The translations under genes were made by a program, and so were the position numbers. The notes under the pieces are model-generated. The model saw only the letters and a list, made by a program, of their open reading frames with translations, made no database searches and was not told the origin of the DNA. Positions 11,979-24,545 of a stretch of 64,000 nt of DNA are shown here, one piece after another. The stretch lies in contig NC_045697.1 in the NCBI RefSeq assembly GCF_009834535.1, positions 2,358,001-2,422,000 of the forward strand. The letters are read 5' to 3'. The DNA is from Camelus ferus. Its lineage: Eukaryota. Numbering within the stretch: the stretch's first letter is position 1; each line of letters starts with the position of its first letter.

Positions 11979-13027
11979 GGAGGGGACCGCTTTTCCTGGC
12001 CTCCTGCACACAGCACCGTGCAGGGCCCTACTCAGGCTTCATGTGGAAATGAGGTGCCGCCTGCACTGTGATGGGGGCGTCCCCACCCCCACCCTCCATA
12101 TAGGTGAGGAGGCCTAGGCTTTGGGCCATGAAGTGGTAGAGTCAGGACCCAGTCTCTGCCCAGGGACCCCAAATTCTGCTCGGAGGGCTTCTAAGACAGC
12201 ATTCGAATAAATGAAGGGTACGTACCCGGGGCCCTGCACCTGCCACCACCAAAGTCTGCTTCCCATCCCCAATTCTGGGTGATTTTTAGTTGCCAAACAC
12301 CACCTTCCTGTTGGCGAGCAACAACAGTTAAAATGGATGCATTTTCCTTTAAAGTAACCTCGGACAAGGTCCAGTGCAGGGAGCCCCTTGTCGCTGGGAA
12401 CGGGCATGGCTGGAGAGGGGCCGCCCCTCACCTGTCACGCAGGGTCCTCTCGGGACCCAGGGGTCAGACCGTCGGCAGTTGGCCTGCTTCCTGGGAAGGA
12501 GAGCGGCCCTCTCTCTGCCGGGGTGGGCGGCCGGGACCCGCCCTCAGCGGGGCGCGTGTGCTCACGTGGACACACACGCACGCTCACACACCCCCGTAGT
12601 GTCTGAACGGCACCTGGGACGCAGCAGGGCCCCGGGCACACAGCCCAGCCCCCGGCCCAGTTCCTGCCTCCAGCGGGCCTCACATGGTGTGGTGGCAAGA
12701 GGGGGCGTTCTCCCTGGAGCCTCTGACAACAGGTCCCGGCCCCCTGACCACCACCTGGGCCCCAGGCTGGGACCCTGCATGACACCCTGTACAAAACGCA
12801 CCCCAGACACAGACTGCAGGCGGTGTGCATTAAGTCCGGAAAGTCCGGAAAGTCCGGATCGGGTGGCGTGCGCCCCTCACCTCCACGCGCCACGGGGAGG
12901 AGCCTCTGGGAAGGGTGTGCGGCTGCCGTGGGGCTGTGGCCGGGCTCCCCTCGGCCTTTCAGGAGCGCCGTGCCTGGCACTGGACGTGCTCCGGCCCTGT
13001 TGGTCCCCCGGCAGCCTGAGGAGGTCC

Positions 13028-13365
13028 TGCCATGTTCTGAATGTTTGTCCTCCCAAATTCATATGCTGACATCCTAGCCCCCAAGGTGACAGGGCCTGGG
13101 AGGCGCTCTCATTCGCTAATTGTGAGGGGTACTCGTGTCTCTATGGAAGAGACTCCACAGAGCCCCCTCGCCCCTGCCATCTGGAGAGGACTCAGTGAGA
13201 AGCTGTGAGCTACGAACCGGGAAGAGGGACGTCCCCAGGCCACGACCTCATGCGCTGACTCCCGGCCTGTGCTGCCAGCCCCCAGCACTGTGCACAGTAA
13301 TGTCTGCTGTTCATGAGCCGCCAGGGCTGTGGATTTCGTTGGAGCTGCCGGGACAGACCGAGATG
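13028..13365 (+). mobile_element. MLT1A-like solo LTR (ERVL-MaLR)
   Basis: ctgaatgtttgtcctcccaaattcatatgctga...gaggactcagtgagaag...tctgctgttcatgagcc...gacagaccgaga. Confidence 0.7.
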
Positions 13366-16300
13366 GGCACCACGACCACGCCCCTTCACAGAGGACCCAC
13401 GGGGCACGGGCTGCGCACGTGATGGCTCAAGGCCGCTCGGCCGTCCTGTGCAGGCGGCGGGCCCAGGCTGTGGACGGGTGCTCCCCTGCCTCCCGGGGGA
13501 AACAGCGGCAGGTCCAGCCAGACCCTCTGGGCCTCGTGTTCTGCCTCTGGGCTTGTGGGGGAGGCATCACACCCCCGAGCCTTTGTTTCTTCCGTACAGT
13601 GGGGGCGACGAGGACTAGATCATGTGGGTGAAAGGTCCAGGCCTCGGTGTGTGTGCTCCGAAATGTGACTCACTCCCCCAGAAGCCCCCACGACAGTCAA
13701 GCAGGAAGCCGAGCTTCCCCCAGCACCCCGTGCCCTGCTAACACCCGAGCACAGTGGTTTCCACGGAGACCCGCTCCTGGTGGTTTAAGCAGACAAGGGC
13801 GCGGGCTTTCCAAGGCCCGCACGGACACCAGGACAGCTATGGGCGTCCCCGTCCCACGGGGCCGTCCCTGCTGACTTCTCTCTGGAAACATCAGACATGG
13901 GGTGGGGGGCGGGGCCCCGAGTGCTGGAGTGGAGATGAAACACAGAGAAATCGGTCCCCATCTTATGTCACTTTGGTAATGTTTGTGTCGGACCCAGCGC
14001 TGGCACTGAGTCCCTGGGAGCCAGCACCTGCGCCATCCTAGACGCCACCCGTCCTGCCCCCCTTTCCCCTTGTGGTGGGCTCCCCTGTGAGCCCAGAGCC
14101 CAGGCCTCCCGCTGCCAGCGCCCCAGCGCCCCAGAGCCAGGTGTTCGGGTATGTGGGTGGAGATGTCCCATCCCACGCCCTGGGCACGGGGTCTGAGGGG
14201 TCGTTGAAACGCTGGTCATTGCCATCAGTCCTGCTCTGACTGTGTCCTGGGCCTGCTCTGGCTTCCCAGGCTGGCCGGTCTTGCCTTCTCTGCCAGGCTC
14301 CCAGCTGACACCAGGCTGCGTGAATTGGACGGTCAGGGTCAGGAGGCTGTCGGAACACACAGGTCCTGGCTGCGGCTGGCATCACCCGGAAGGCGGATCC
14401 ACGGTCTAAACAAACCCAAGAGTCTGCCACCTCTGCCCAAGGAGAGGATATGAACCGCACCCCTCGTGGAGGTGGGGAGGCACCGGGCTGTCAGGGACGA
14501 GCAGGCGATCGGCGTTCCCGGAGTGAAGTGTGCGAGGCCAGGAGGGGTGCAGGAGGGGCCAGGGCCCAAGCGCACTGCCAGGTGAATTCTAGGTACTCTC
14601 TCCTGCCCGTGAGGACAGCAGGGAGAGCATGCTCAGAGTTCCACTGGGAAGGATCTCCCTGGGGGCAGCCAGGAGGCCAGGCCCCAGTCTGGTCTGGGCT
14701 CAGGGCAGCTCCCGCAGGTGGACGACGGAAGGCAGGTAAGAATGAATGGCCGGGCCGTCACTCGGGGCTGAGGATGTCGCCCCAGTCTAGGGCCTGGGAG
14801 CCAGCGATTGTCCTGTTCCCCTCAGGCTTCAAGGTCTGGGACCCCCCTGGAGGGGCAGGGCCTCGAATGTCACCCCCTCCTGGACACCAGCTCCCTTTGC
14901 AACCACACCAAGGGGTGATGCTTTAAATTTAAATTTCCAAAATGCACCTGATTTCCTTCCCCTCCTCCAGGGCGAAGGGCAGAGGCCGCCCGTCCCTGGG
15001 GCCGCACTCGGCTTCCTGTGATTGTGGGGCGCACCGGGAAGTGCGCCTTCTCGGGACCAAGAGGAGGTATTTGCTTCCTCAGGGGATTTGTATGTTTTCT
15101 TTTCTGCTGTAATTGGAACGGTATCTGGGATGAGGCATCTAATTACTCCTGTTTCCTGGAAGTTGAACGATAGCACGTCCTGCAGACACAGACCTTTTGT
15201 GAAAGCCACACGTGGTCTCCCAGGGCAATTCCTATGAGCGCTGCAGTCAGAAGGCTTTGGGTTTCACATAGCTCCTCTGAGTGTAACGCCAGAGCCGGTG
15301 CTGTCTGCTTAATCTGTTGTTCTGCTCCATTTTTGATCTTTGTACTCATGAGCTCCTGCATAACGATCGCTCGTGATGCCAGCTCTTCTGAAGAGGACCC
15401 TACCTAATTAGAATTTTTAGAGCTAGGAGAACCTTGAGAAAATCAGAACCAAGCCTCTCATTCAGGAGGGCAAACTGAGCCCCGGGACATGGCAAGGCAC
15501 CAAGCTTACAGAGCCTTTGATTAAGGGGAGATCCGGGAGCTCAGCGGTCCGACGGACAGAGACGCCCATGGAGACAAGAGCTGGTCTCTGCAAGGTGGTG
15601 GCACGATGCGGCGGGCCCGGCTCAAACTCCAGCTGTGCCTTCGCCCATCCCACCCCAGGCCTGACCCCCTTCTGACCCTAATCCTGATCCTGATCTGAAC
15701 CGGGTCTTAAATACCAGAGCAAACCTCAAAATCAACCACAACCCCCAACACAGATTCTGTTCATAAACTTAGCCCCAGTCCCCCCTAAACCCCAGCTAAA
15801 CTCCAGTCCAAACGCGGCCTCCCTGCTAACCCTAAACCCTAACTAGATCTTAATTCCAGCCTAATGCCAACCCCAACCCTCCCAGCCACCTTCACACCAG
15901 AGGAAAGCAGAGGAAGCGAGCTGTGCATTTACCCGAGGGCTGTCATAGTTTTCTGGTTCATGAGCCCATTTTGTTCATGGGTGTGTCTCCGGGGCCCAGA
16001 CAGGGCCCGACAAGGTAGTCACCAGGTCACCTGAGTGGACAAGCAGCACATCAGCGGCCACTTGACGCCCACACCCTCTCAGCCACACCCACTGGGGCAG
16101 CGTTTGTCTCGTCCCTGGAAAAACTGACTTTCCCTTTTTGCTAGACAAGGAAACTGAGGGTCTGAGAGGACCCGACATTACTGCATGGAGGCTGCAGCAA
16201 GGCAGGAGGGACCTCCCACTGTGTGTTCCCAGCTCCAGTCCTGCCCCAGGCCAGGCTCTGAGGGGCCACGAGCTCCGATGGTGGTGGTTTGTGACCGGAC

Positions 16301-16489
16301 GTGTCCATCCAGCCAGCATCGCTGTCTCCGTGACCCCAGATGTGAGGGTCTGACCGCTCTGCATCCACTTGGTGCAGCAGGCTCAAACGGCACGCTGAAG
16401 CCACACCACAGAACAGCCCATCAAGCTGGGGGTGTGGGCGGGGGCTCTGGGAAGCCTCCAGCCCAGACGCACAGACAGGCATTGGACCA

Positions 16490-16930
16490 CCTTTCAGTTC
16501 CCCGCAGCCGGTGCATAACGCACCACAGGCTGGGCAGCTTAAAGCAAGAGGAATTCTCCCAGTTCCGGAGGCTGGAGGTCCGAAATCAAGGTGTCTGCAG
16601 GGCTGCCTCCCTCCGGAGGCTCTCTTGGAGGATCCTTCCTGCTTCTTCCAGCTTCCAGGGGCCCCAGGCGTTCCTTGGCTTACGGCTGCATCATCTCCAT
16701 CTCTGCCTCTGTCTCTGCCTCCATCTCCAGGTGGCAGCTGCTTCTTGTATCTCTTCTGGCAGGGACACCAGCCACGTTGAATCAGGGCCCACCCCATTCC
16801 AGTGACATCATTGAACCTGATCACATCTGCAAAGACGCTATTTCCAAATAAGGTCACCTTCACAGGCGCCAGGGGTCAGGACGGAACATGTCTTTTTGCG
16901 GGGAGGGGGGCACAAGTCAACCCGTAGCGA
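16490..16930 (-). mobile_element. MLT1C/B-like solo LTR
   Basis: cagttccggaggctggaggtccgaaatcaaggtgtctgcaggg...cacatctgcaaagacgctatttccaaataaggtcac. Confidence 0.8.
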
Positions 16931-17107
16931 CCATACCGCTTCTTGTGTTTTTGATCAGGTGTCTCAGGAAGCAATTAGGATACTGCATGTGAAAATCGAA
17001 CCCTCTGTCCTCTTCCAGTGTGAGAACCGGCAGCATGGGAGGCGGACTTAGCGGCCCCTCCTGCCTCGGCGCTGTGGACACTGCAGACTGGGGCCCTTGA
17101 TCTGGCC

Positions 17108-17313
17108 CAGTGGTTCTTAGCGAGGAGTGGTTTTGCCCCGGGGACACCTGGCAATGTCTGAGGACAGTTGTAGTTGTCACAGCTGAGGGATGCTATCGGC
17201 ATTAGTGGGTAGAGGCCGGGGTGCTGCAAGACATCCTGCAATTCACAGGCCAGCCCCACAACAAAGAGGTGCCCAGCCCCAAACGTCATTGACGCCCAGG
17301 TTGGGAAACCCTC
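17108..17313. mobile_element. MER20 (hAT-Charlie) DNA transposon, near full length
   Basis: cagtggttcttagc...ggacacctggcaatgtctgaggaca...ggcattagtgggtagaggccggggtgctgc...ccccacaacaaagag...aggttgggaaaccct. Confidence 0.85.
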
Positions 17314-17344
17314 AATACGATCATCTTGGCACAAGGCTGCTCTG

Positions 17345-17740
17345 TTAAAGACTACATTTCCCAGCCTCCTTTGCAGTAGGTATGGCTATGTGACCACATT
17401 CTAACCAATGAGATGTCAGCATAAGGACTATGTGCAACCTCCATTTGAGGATGCCCTGTGTTTGGCCAACCACACCCTCCCACCCACTGAGTAGACCGAC
17501 GGTGGAAATGATGGCGGTGGCTGGAGCCAGAGCAGCCAACTGAGACCTCAAGGTGGGAGCTGCCTGCTGGGGATGGCCGAGGAGGAGTGGAAGCCACCGG
17601 GATCCTCAGCTCCGCCAGGCCGTCATGCTGGCTCTGCCCAGACCTTGTGTGGAGAGAAATCAACCCCTATCTTGTTCAAGCCTCTGTGTTTTGGGGTCAC
17701 CCTGTTACAGCAGCCTCCGCTGTACCCTGACTCACTCACA
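17345..17740 (+). mobile_element. Older MLT1 (J/H-like) LTR
   Basis: actacatttcccagcctccttgcagtagg-like start, ttctaaccaatgagatgt, ending in cttgttcaagcctctgtgttttgggg...ctgttacagcagcc. Confidence 0.65.
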
Positions 17741-20149
17741 GTCCTAAATCCCAGGCCAACCCTGTTCTCTCCCATGACGAATTTCTGGTTTTAATCAGAG
17801 CCTTCTGGGAAGGAAAAACTTGAGAAGAAAACAGCAGATCTCGCTGAGTTCGAGCCCACGGTGTCCAGGTTCCAACACAAACATTCCAGTGCTCTCGGCA
17901 GTGGCAAGCATTGCTGGGCCCGAGCCCCCGCTTTCCAGAAATATCTGGAGATGGGGTCAGCATAGGAGGCTGGAGAAGCTGCACGGGGCCAGGGTGGATG
18001 TGAGCATTCTTAGCTTATTTTCCCAAACATGTCAAGGGCTCTTCTGCATTTTCCTATCTGAAAAAAATCAAAGCCAAACAAAACAGAAAAACTCTCTGAA
18101 CCCCCTCCAGCTTTGGAACGTGTGCCCGCTGTGGTCGGATTCACAAATCATGGGTATGAAATAGCTCTTGTTTACCTAATCATTCCCATCAGGCACGTTC
18201 CTGGATTGGAGGAGGGGGCAACGCGAGGGGAGGCGGGCGGCGTCAGGATGGAGAGGGCTGCCCCCGATGAGCACGTGGCGCCGCACGCGGAACCTGGATG
18301 CTCCTCTTGCACAAGGCAGGCGGCGTCCTAGGGTACCGTCCCCTCTGGCGACAGTTAGGGATATGATCTGCGTCACTCTGTCTCCCCTTCTGATGCCAGC
18401 ATGTAACTGGTGCTCGGCGATTGAGAGGCGGAAACAGAGGGGAAAGAACTTGACTTTAGGTGAGAAGCCAGACTAGGCGGCCCCCAGGCCTGGACTGCCT
18501 CAACCGCGAAGTGGGAACACAAGAGCCTTCCTCGTGGAGGGGTTCTGTGCAAGTCCGATCCACTCATTCATTCATTCACTCATTCGTTCACCATTCTGGG
18601 TGCTGGGAGTAAGGGTGCCCATCCTGAGCAGCCCCCAGCAGCCGGCCAGACAAGGTTAACTGGGAGTCCCCAGGGAGCATGCTTTGGGGAGAGAAGACCC
18701 TGCGTGGAGCCAGGGCCCCCCTGGGGGTCTGCTGGAGCGGGTGCTCACAGTGGAGGCGTCCACGTGGCAGCGAGGCTGGATGGGGCGGGGGCCTGAGCCT
18801 GGGCCCCAGTGGACTGGAATGCTCCCTGGGGACCTGGGCTGTTGTATCTGCCCCCAGACGCCCCCGTGTGCTCATCTGCAAAGTGGGGGTGTTGAGAGCA
18901 ACCAACTCTCAGAGGTCCTGTGAGAGTGAAATAAAATGTGAGGCTTTCAAATCTGATGAACATCCTGACAACTTCCCAGAGCTCTCCAGAGATGAGAACC
19001 TTAGATGGGGTGACCTGGAGGCCTGGCCCCTGCGGGAGGCTCAGTGCCAAGTCCAGGGTCATGCTGGGGGCTGGACCAGCCTGGCTGAGGGGGAAGGGGC
19101 ACCTCTGGGGGCCGTGGGGGACGTTTCCGGGAAGGAATCTGCTCGTCCAAGGAAGTCTCTCCTCTACTGTCAAAGCTGTGTGTAGAAGCCCCCTCTCCAG
19201 GGAGCCCCTCCCGCTGCTCGGCCCCTCCAGTGGCCTCGCACATCCCTAGGAAGGCAGCCTGGAGCCCCCGCAGCAGGCCCTATGTCCCCACGGCCAAGAT
19301 GGAGCCTGGCACAGAGGGGCACTGGGGCCATTTGTCAATGTCGCAAACTACCAAAGCTCTCCTGGGGTGCACTGGGCTGCTCAGAAGGCAGTGCACTCCT
19401 GCGGCCTGGGGTGTGCCAGCGGGGTTGGGGTCCAGCCTGAAGGGACACTGCAAAGTGACTCACTCGGCGGGGACACAAGGTAGCAGTGAGCATCACGATG
19501 ATAATGTCACCCGTGATACGCCAAGAGCTTGCTGAGTGCGGCGGTGGTAAGACCCTGGTTCTCTTTTGTTAGAATTTTTTTATTTGCCTAAGTAACTCGA
19601 GCTCTCGGAGCAAGCTAAACAATACATAGATATATAAAGAAATCCTAACATCAGCCCTGCTCTGAGGCCTCTTCCCTCCCACGAGCCCGGTCCCGAGAGC
19701 TGACAGGCGAAGGTGTTACCCTTCTTAGGCACCTGACAGAATCCCACTTAATCCTTCAGATGCTACTAGGAGGCTCAGAGAGGTAAAGCCGTTTGCTCCA
19801 AGTCCCCCCGCTGGTTAGAGGCACAAGCCAAGCAGGTGTCAGCTGCACCTCTGAGCCCTCCCAGGAGCCCTGAGTCCCCCTGGCCCAGACTGGCTCCCCT
19901 CTCCTCCCTGGCAGCACCTGCTGGCCTGCAGGAGGCACACATCCTCCCCACCAAATGGCCTGAGACTCCTGGACCAGTCCACCCAAGCCAGGGCTGACCA
20001 GCCCCCGTGGCCACACACCAGCCCCCACCTTCCAGCTCGGACTTGGCAGGGCTGGCTGGCAGTTGGATCTCCTTCCACCAGACTCCCCGGCTCCAACAGA
20101 GCCCTCCTAGACTCAGGGGGCCTGCAAGGGCCCAGGAAGACCACCGAGT

Positions 20150-20230
20150 CCTGATCCTCAGTTCACAGGTGGGGAAACTGAAGCTCAGAAAGGGCAGGTG
20201 ACTCGTCCAACATCACACAGTGACTCGCGA
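20150..20230 (-). mobile_element. MIR fragment
   Basis: ttcacaggtggggaaactgaagctcagaaagggcaggtgactcgtccaacatcacacag. Confidence 0.65.
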
Positions 20231-20347
20231 CCGAGATGGGACTGTGGTGTGGCGACCCCTCGTGTCTAACCTGACAGTTTATGAAGTCCCACCATGTCTA
20301 CCACAGCCATTCACTCCTTCATTCGTCCCCCAAATGCCCACAGGCTC

Positions 20348-20784
20348 TGCATTCGTTTCCCATTGCTGTTGTGACAAATGATCACAAACTTAGTAGCTTC
20401 TAACAACAAATTTATTATCTTACAGTTCCGAGTCCAGAGGTGTAAAACGGCCTAGCAGGGTTGGTTCCCCTTGGGGGCTCTGGGAGAGACTCTCTCTCAT
20501 CTTTTCCAGCTTCTAGAGGCGCCCACATCCCGAGCTTGTGGCCCGCTCCGTGCATTACCCTGCCCCCTGCTTCCGTTATCACATCTCCTTTAACTCTGAC
20601 CCCCTAGTCTCTCTCACCTAGAAGGACCCTTGTGGTTGCACTGAGGGTTCATTCAGAATCCAGGATAATCCCCCATCTCAAATCCTTAGCTTAATCCCAT
20701 CAGTGAAGTCCCTTTTGTGATGTAAGGCTGCCGAGCCACAGGGTCTGGATGTCTGTGTGTGTGTGTGTGATTTTTCCCACCACA
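20348..20784 (-). mobile_element. MLT1D-like solo LTR
   Basis: attgctgttgtgacaaatgatcacaaacttagtagctt...atttattatcttacagttc...ttttccagcttctagaggc...aaggacccttgtggttgcactg...aatccaggataatc. Confidence 0.8.
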
Positions 20785-21317
20785 GACTGGCATAATGATT
20801 CTCCAAGGGTGCAGGACAGGGCTGAGGACAGCAAATCAGCTAGGATGTGTCCGGTTGTGAGTTACGGAACCCTCCTCCCCAAAGGCCTTAAACGATGAGG
20901 TCACTGGTGTCCCCCTTGGCGGGAAGTCTGGCAAAAGGCTGGCTCCAGCGTGGGTTCCTTTGGAAGCTCAAGGACAACAGCATTAGGGACACAGACTCTT
21001 TCCTCCTGTTGTCTTCATCTTCAGCTCCTCCTAACCCTAAGAGAGCTGCTGCAGCTCCAGATGTCACATCCTCACACACAGATGACCAAACAGGAAGGCA
21101 GCCAGTGAGTCTTCTCGCACATTTCTCACTTTTCATCACAGAGGTTTTATTGGTTGGGACTTGGTCATGTGACCTCTCCTCCAGCCACTGGGGAAGGGAA
21201 ATGGGTCCACCTTAAAATAGGCTTAGAGGCATCATGATCTTCCCCAAGGGTTGGGAAGGGGTCCCCCTTTCCTGGGCACATCACTGCTCCTCCACCAGAA
21301 CAAACCAGGCATGCGGG

Positions 21318-21870
21318 TGTATCAGTCACCTAGGCTGCATAACAAAGTACCACAACTTTACCAGCATAAAACAACACACATTTACTACCTCAGTTTCCAC
21401 GGACCAGGAGTCCTGTGCAGGTGAACTGACCCCTATACTCATGGTGTGGAGGCTGAAATGAAGGTGTCAGCTGAGGCCATGTTCTCATCTGAGGCCCAGG
21501 GACCCCCTCTAGGCTCACACAGCTGTCAGTAGCATTCAGTTCCCTGAGGCTGTGTGGCTGAAGCCAGGGACCACTCGCCACTTCTAAAGACCACATTCAG
21601 GTCATTCAGGTCCTTCCCCTGCAGCTGCCACTCACATCAATGCTGCATTTTCATGGCCAGCAGGAAGGCACTTCTGATGCTTCATCACCTTCTAAAGGGT
21701 CACCTGATTGGGTCAGGCCCACCCTGGATAATCTCCTTTGATTAACTCAAAGCCAACTGGTTAGGGACCTTGTCAGGGCAGTGATGCCCCCATGGTATTC
21801 AGACTCAGGAGGAGGGGCTATCCAAGGGCCAGGAAACTGGGGGCCACCTGAGAGTCTCCCCTACCTCAGG
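21318..21870 (-). mobile_element. MLT1E/F-like solo LTR
   Basis: ctgcataacaaagtaccacaac...aaaacaacacacatttact...aaggtgtcagctgagg...gcattcagttccctgaggctgtg...ggtcaggcccaccctggataatctcc. Confidence 0.7.
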
Positions 21871-24112
21871 GGGCAAGGAGGAGGTGAGTGCTGGCCGCTG
21901 GGCACATGGCTGGTGTGGAACCTTTTGGACAGGCTGCTGCCTCCATACCCTCCAGTCTGAGCAGAGCCCCTACTCCTTCTAGAAAGTTCTCCCTGAGCCT
22001 CCAAGCAGGTCAGAAGCCCCTTCTTCCATCTCTTGGCATCTCCCTGGAGGTCAGGGCCTGTGCCTCACACCCTCGGCTGGGCCTGAGTGGTGCCAGGCAC
22101 TGTCCACACTCAGCACAGAGGAGGTGCCCCCCAGATGTCTGCTGGATGAAAGCTGAGTCCTCACGTTACCGGGAGGAGACAGGAGGCAGCGTGACAACAG
22201 TGGGACAGGGGACCACGCTGGCCTGGGCTCGTACCCACATGGGATCTTCAGCAACCCAGGCCTCCACCCGCATCTACAGGATGGGACAACCACACAGCAC
22301 ACATCCGGAAGGGACACAAAGAGTGAGGCGGGCCCACCACCCACGGACTGCGAAGGACAGGACCTGGCCTAATGGTGGCTCTCATGAGCACTGCTGATGG
22401 GCAGGGGTGCCAAGGGCCGGCGGGTGACCAGAGGAGAAGCTGCAAAGTGACACTTCTCAGGGAAGTGACTCCAGGAGACGCCACATGGCTGCTTGGGGCC
22501 GTGGAACCCTGCGTGGGGTTCCGAGGATGAGCCTGGCATGGAGGGGCACGGAGCCGAGCCTCCCACCTGCTCAGGTGGGTGACAGGCAGAGGCAGGAGCA
22601 GGTGTTCCAGGCCCAGGGGGTGACAACGGAGGCAGAAGCATGTCTGGACACCCCAGGCTACGAGTTCTGCACACATCATCCTGGAGAACCTGCACGTCTG
22701 CCATACGGAAGGGGCTCCGTTATCCCCATCCACAGGCCATGCTGGCTCAGAGGGTGAAGGCGGCTTCCTGAGGTCATGTGGGGACACCTGGTCAGCCCGA
22801 GCCCAGAGTCCAGGTCAAGGCCAGGCCCCGAGGGGCCTCAAATGCCAGGCTCAGGCATCTGGGCAGCAGCAAGCCCCTGAGGGAGGACCAGTCAGGCCCA
22901 GAGCTGGGCAGGCAGAGGGGACCCATGAGAAGGCAGCCGGGACAGGTGGAGGGTGGGTACAAGCCTGAACCCCAGAGGGCCCTGGGCTGAACGGGGTTCG
23001 CAGCTGGTGCTCAATAAGGCCCGCTGCTTTAACCCACTACACTCACTGCCAGTCCAGGACCATCCCCCAAGCCCTGCTTTGCCCAGAGGGACTTCCGGCA
23101 GCTCTGGAAGAACTCAGCCGTGCAAACCCATCAGTGTGATCAATACTGCAATGGATTCAGTCTGCGGGTTGGTCCAGGAGAGCCAGGCCTGGGCCGGTGG
23201 ATCCCAGCCACACTCTGGCAAGACACAGTGGTTCTAGAAGTCTTTGGGGCACAGGGGGAGGGAGAGGAGCAAGCCTCATTTTTCCCTGCCCCATCTTTAA
23301 AAATGAAATTTCAAATAAATTTCAGGAAAAAAAATACCTTCAGCCCAGCTGAGAAAACAAGTCCCTTGGTGTGGAGTCTGGCAAGCCAGGCCTGCCTGCC
23401 TCTGTTCCCACACCAGCCAACCAAGTGGAGGGCTCTTCCTGGGACTCCAGGCCCTTCCCTCCCTCCAGGGACAGACTGAGGGCAAAGACAGCAGGTGGAC
23501 ATGAAGCCCAGCTCCAGGAGCTCCAAGCCAAGTGGGGGCAAAGCCAGCACAGATCTTAGAACAATCTAGTCAATAGCCCCACTTGACAGATGGAAAAACT
23601 GAGGCCCAGGGAGGCAGGAGGTTCTAAGGCTGCCAGACGGCAAGTAAGGGAATAAGTGGGAGTTTAAGTCCACAACCTCCACAGAACAGAAGCAAAAGAG
23701 GATGCTGGGTCTAGCAAGAGTGGCTCATTCAGGCACCGCCGTGCTCTGCCGGGCCCCGCCTGCACCAGCTACACCGCTGGCATCAGCGTAGCTGGGGAGG
23801 ATGGAAGACAGCAGGCCCTTTGCAGGGTTGCTAGCCACCCATCCCTCTACCACACTTTGACTGAGCCCCTACTGTGAGCTGTGAGCCAGGCCCGCACCAG
23901 ACAATGGGACAGAGAAATGGCTTGTCCCCAAGAGCCCACAGCAGACAGAGACATGGTCCAGTGACGGCCCACCCTGAGGGGCACACAGGAGACCCAGTGG
24001 AGGTGAGCAGGCCAAGGCAGAACCCAGCCTGAAACCTGGGAAGAGCTGCCCACCATGGGCTGGCAGAAACCCCACCTCCCTGCAGCCTGGGAGGCTGAGC
24101 GCGGCCCCAGGC

Positions 24113-24545
24113 ACGTGCGCACGTGTGGGTGTGTGCATGCGTGCGGGTGCACGAGTGGGTGTGCGCAGCGACATGCAGAAGTGAGGTGTGCGCACAGATT
24201 CACACACGTGTGCACATAGCCTGTGTGTGTGATTGTGCGCATGTGTATGGGTGTGTGAGTGCTTAGTATATGTGGGCAGATACATGCATGTGCATAGTGT
24301 GTGGGGTGTGCCCATGTGTCTGCTTGCAGGTGCACATACGTGCACGCACACACATCCTGTGTACAGATGGTACTTGTGTGCGTGTGCTGTGTCATGTATG
24401 TGGGTGTGTGCCCGAACAGTACAGATTTGTGGATGTCTGTGTGCGGATGTGAGTGTGCAGGCATAGATGCACATGGATATGTGTGTACATGGACGTGTGT
24501 GTGCATGTATGGATTCGTGTGCATGTGCACGCATATTTGTGTATG
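24113..24545. repeat. Degenerate (TG)n/(RY)n low-complexity tract, ~430 bp
   Basis: Dominated by gtgtgc/gcatgt/gcacac units. Confidence 0.85.

Noticed and set aside
14711..14741. 18-nt microexon-like pattern (cag|GTGGACGACGGAAGGCAG|gtaaga)
   Set aside because: Good donor but almost no polypyrimidine tract, and no host transcript is evident.
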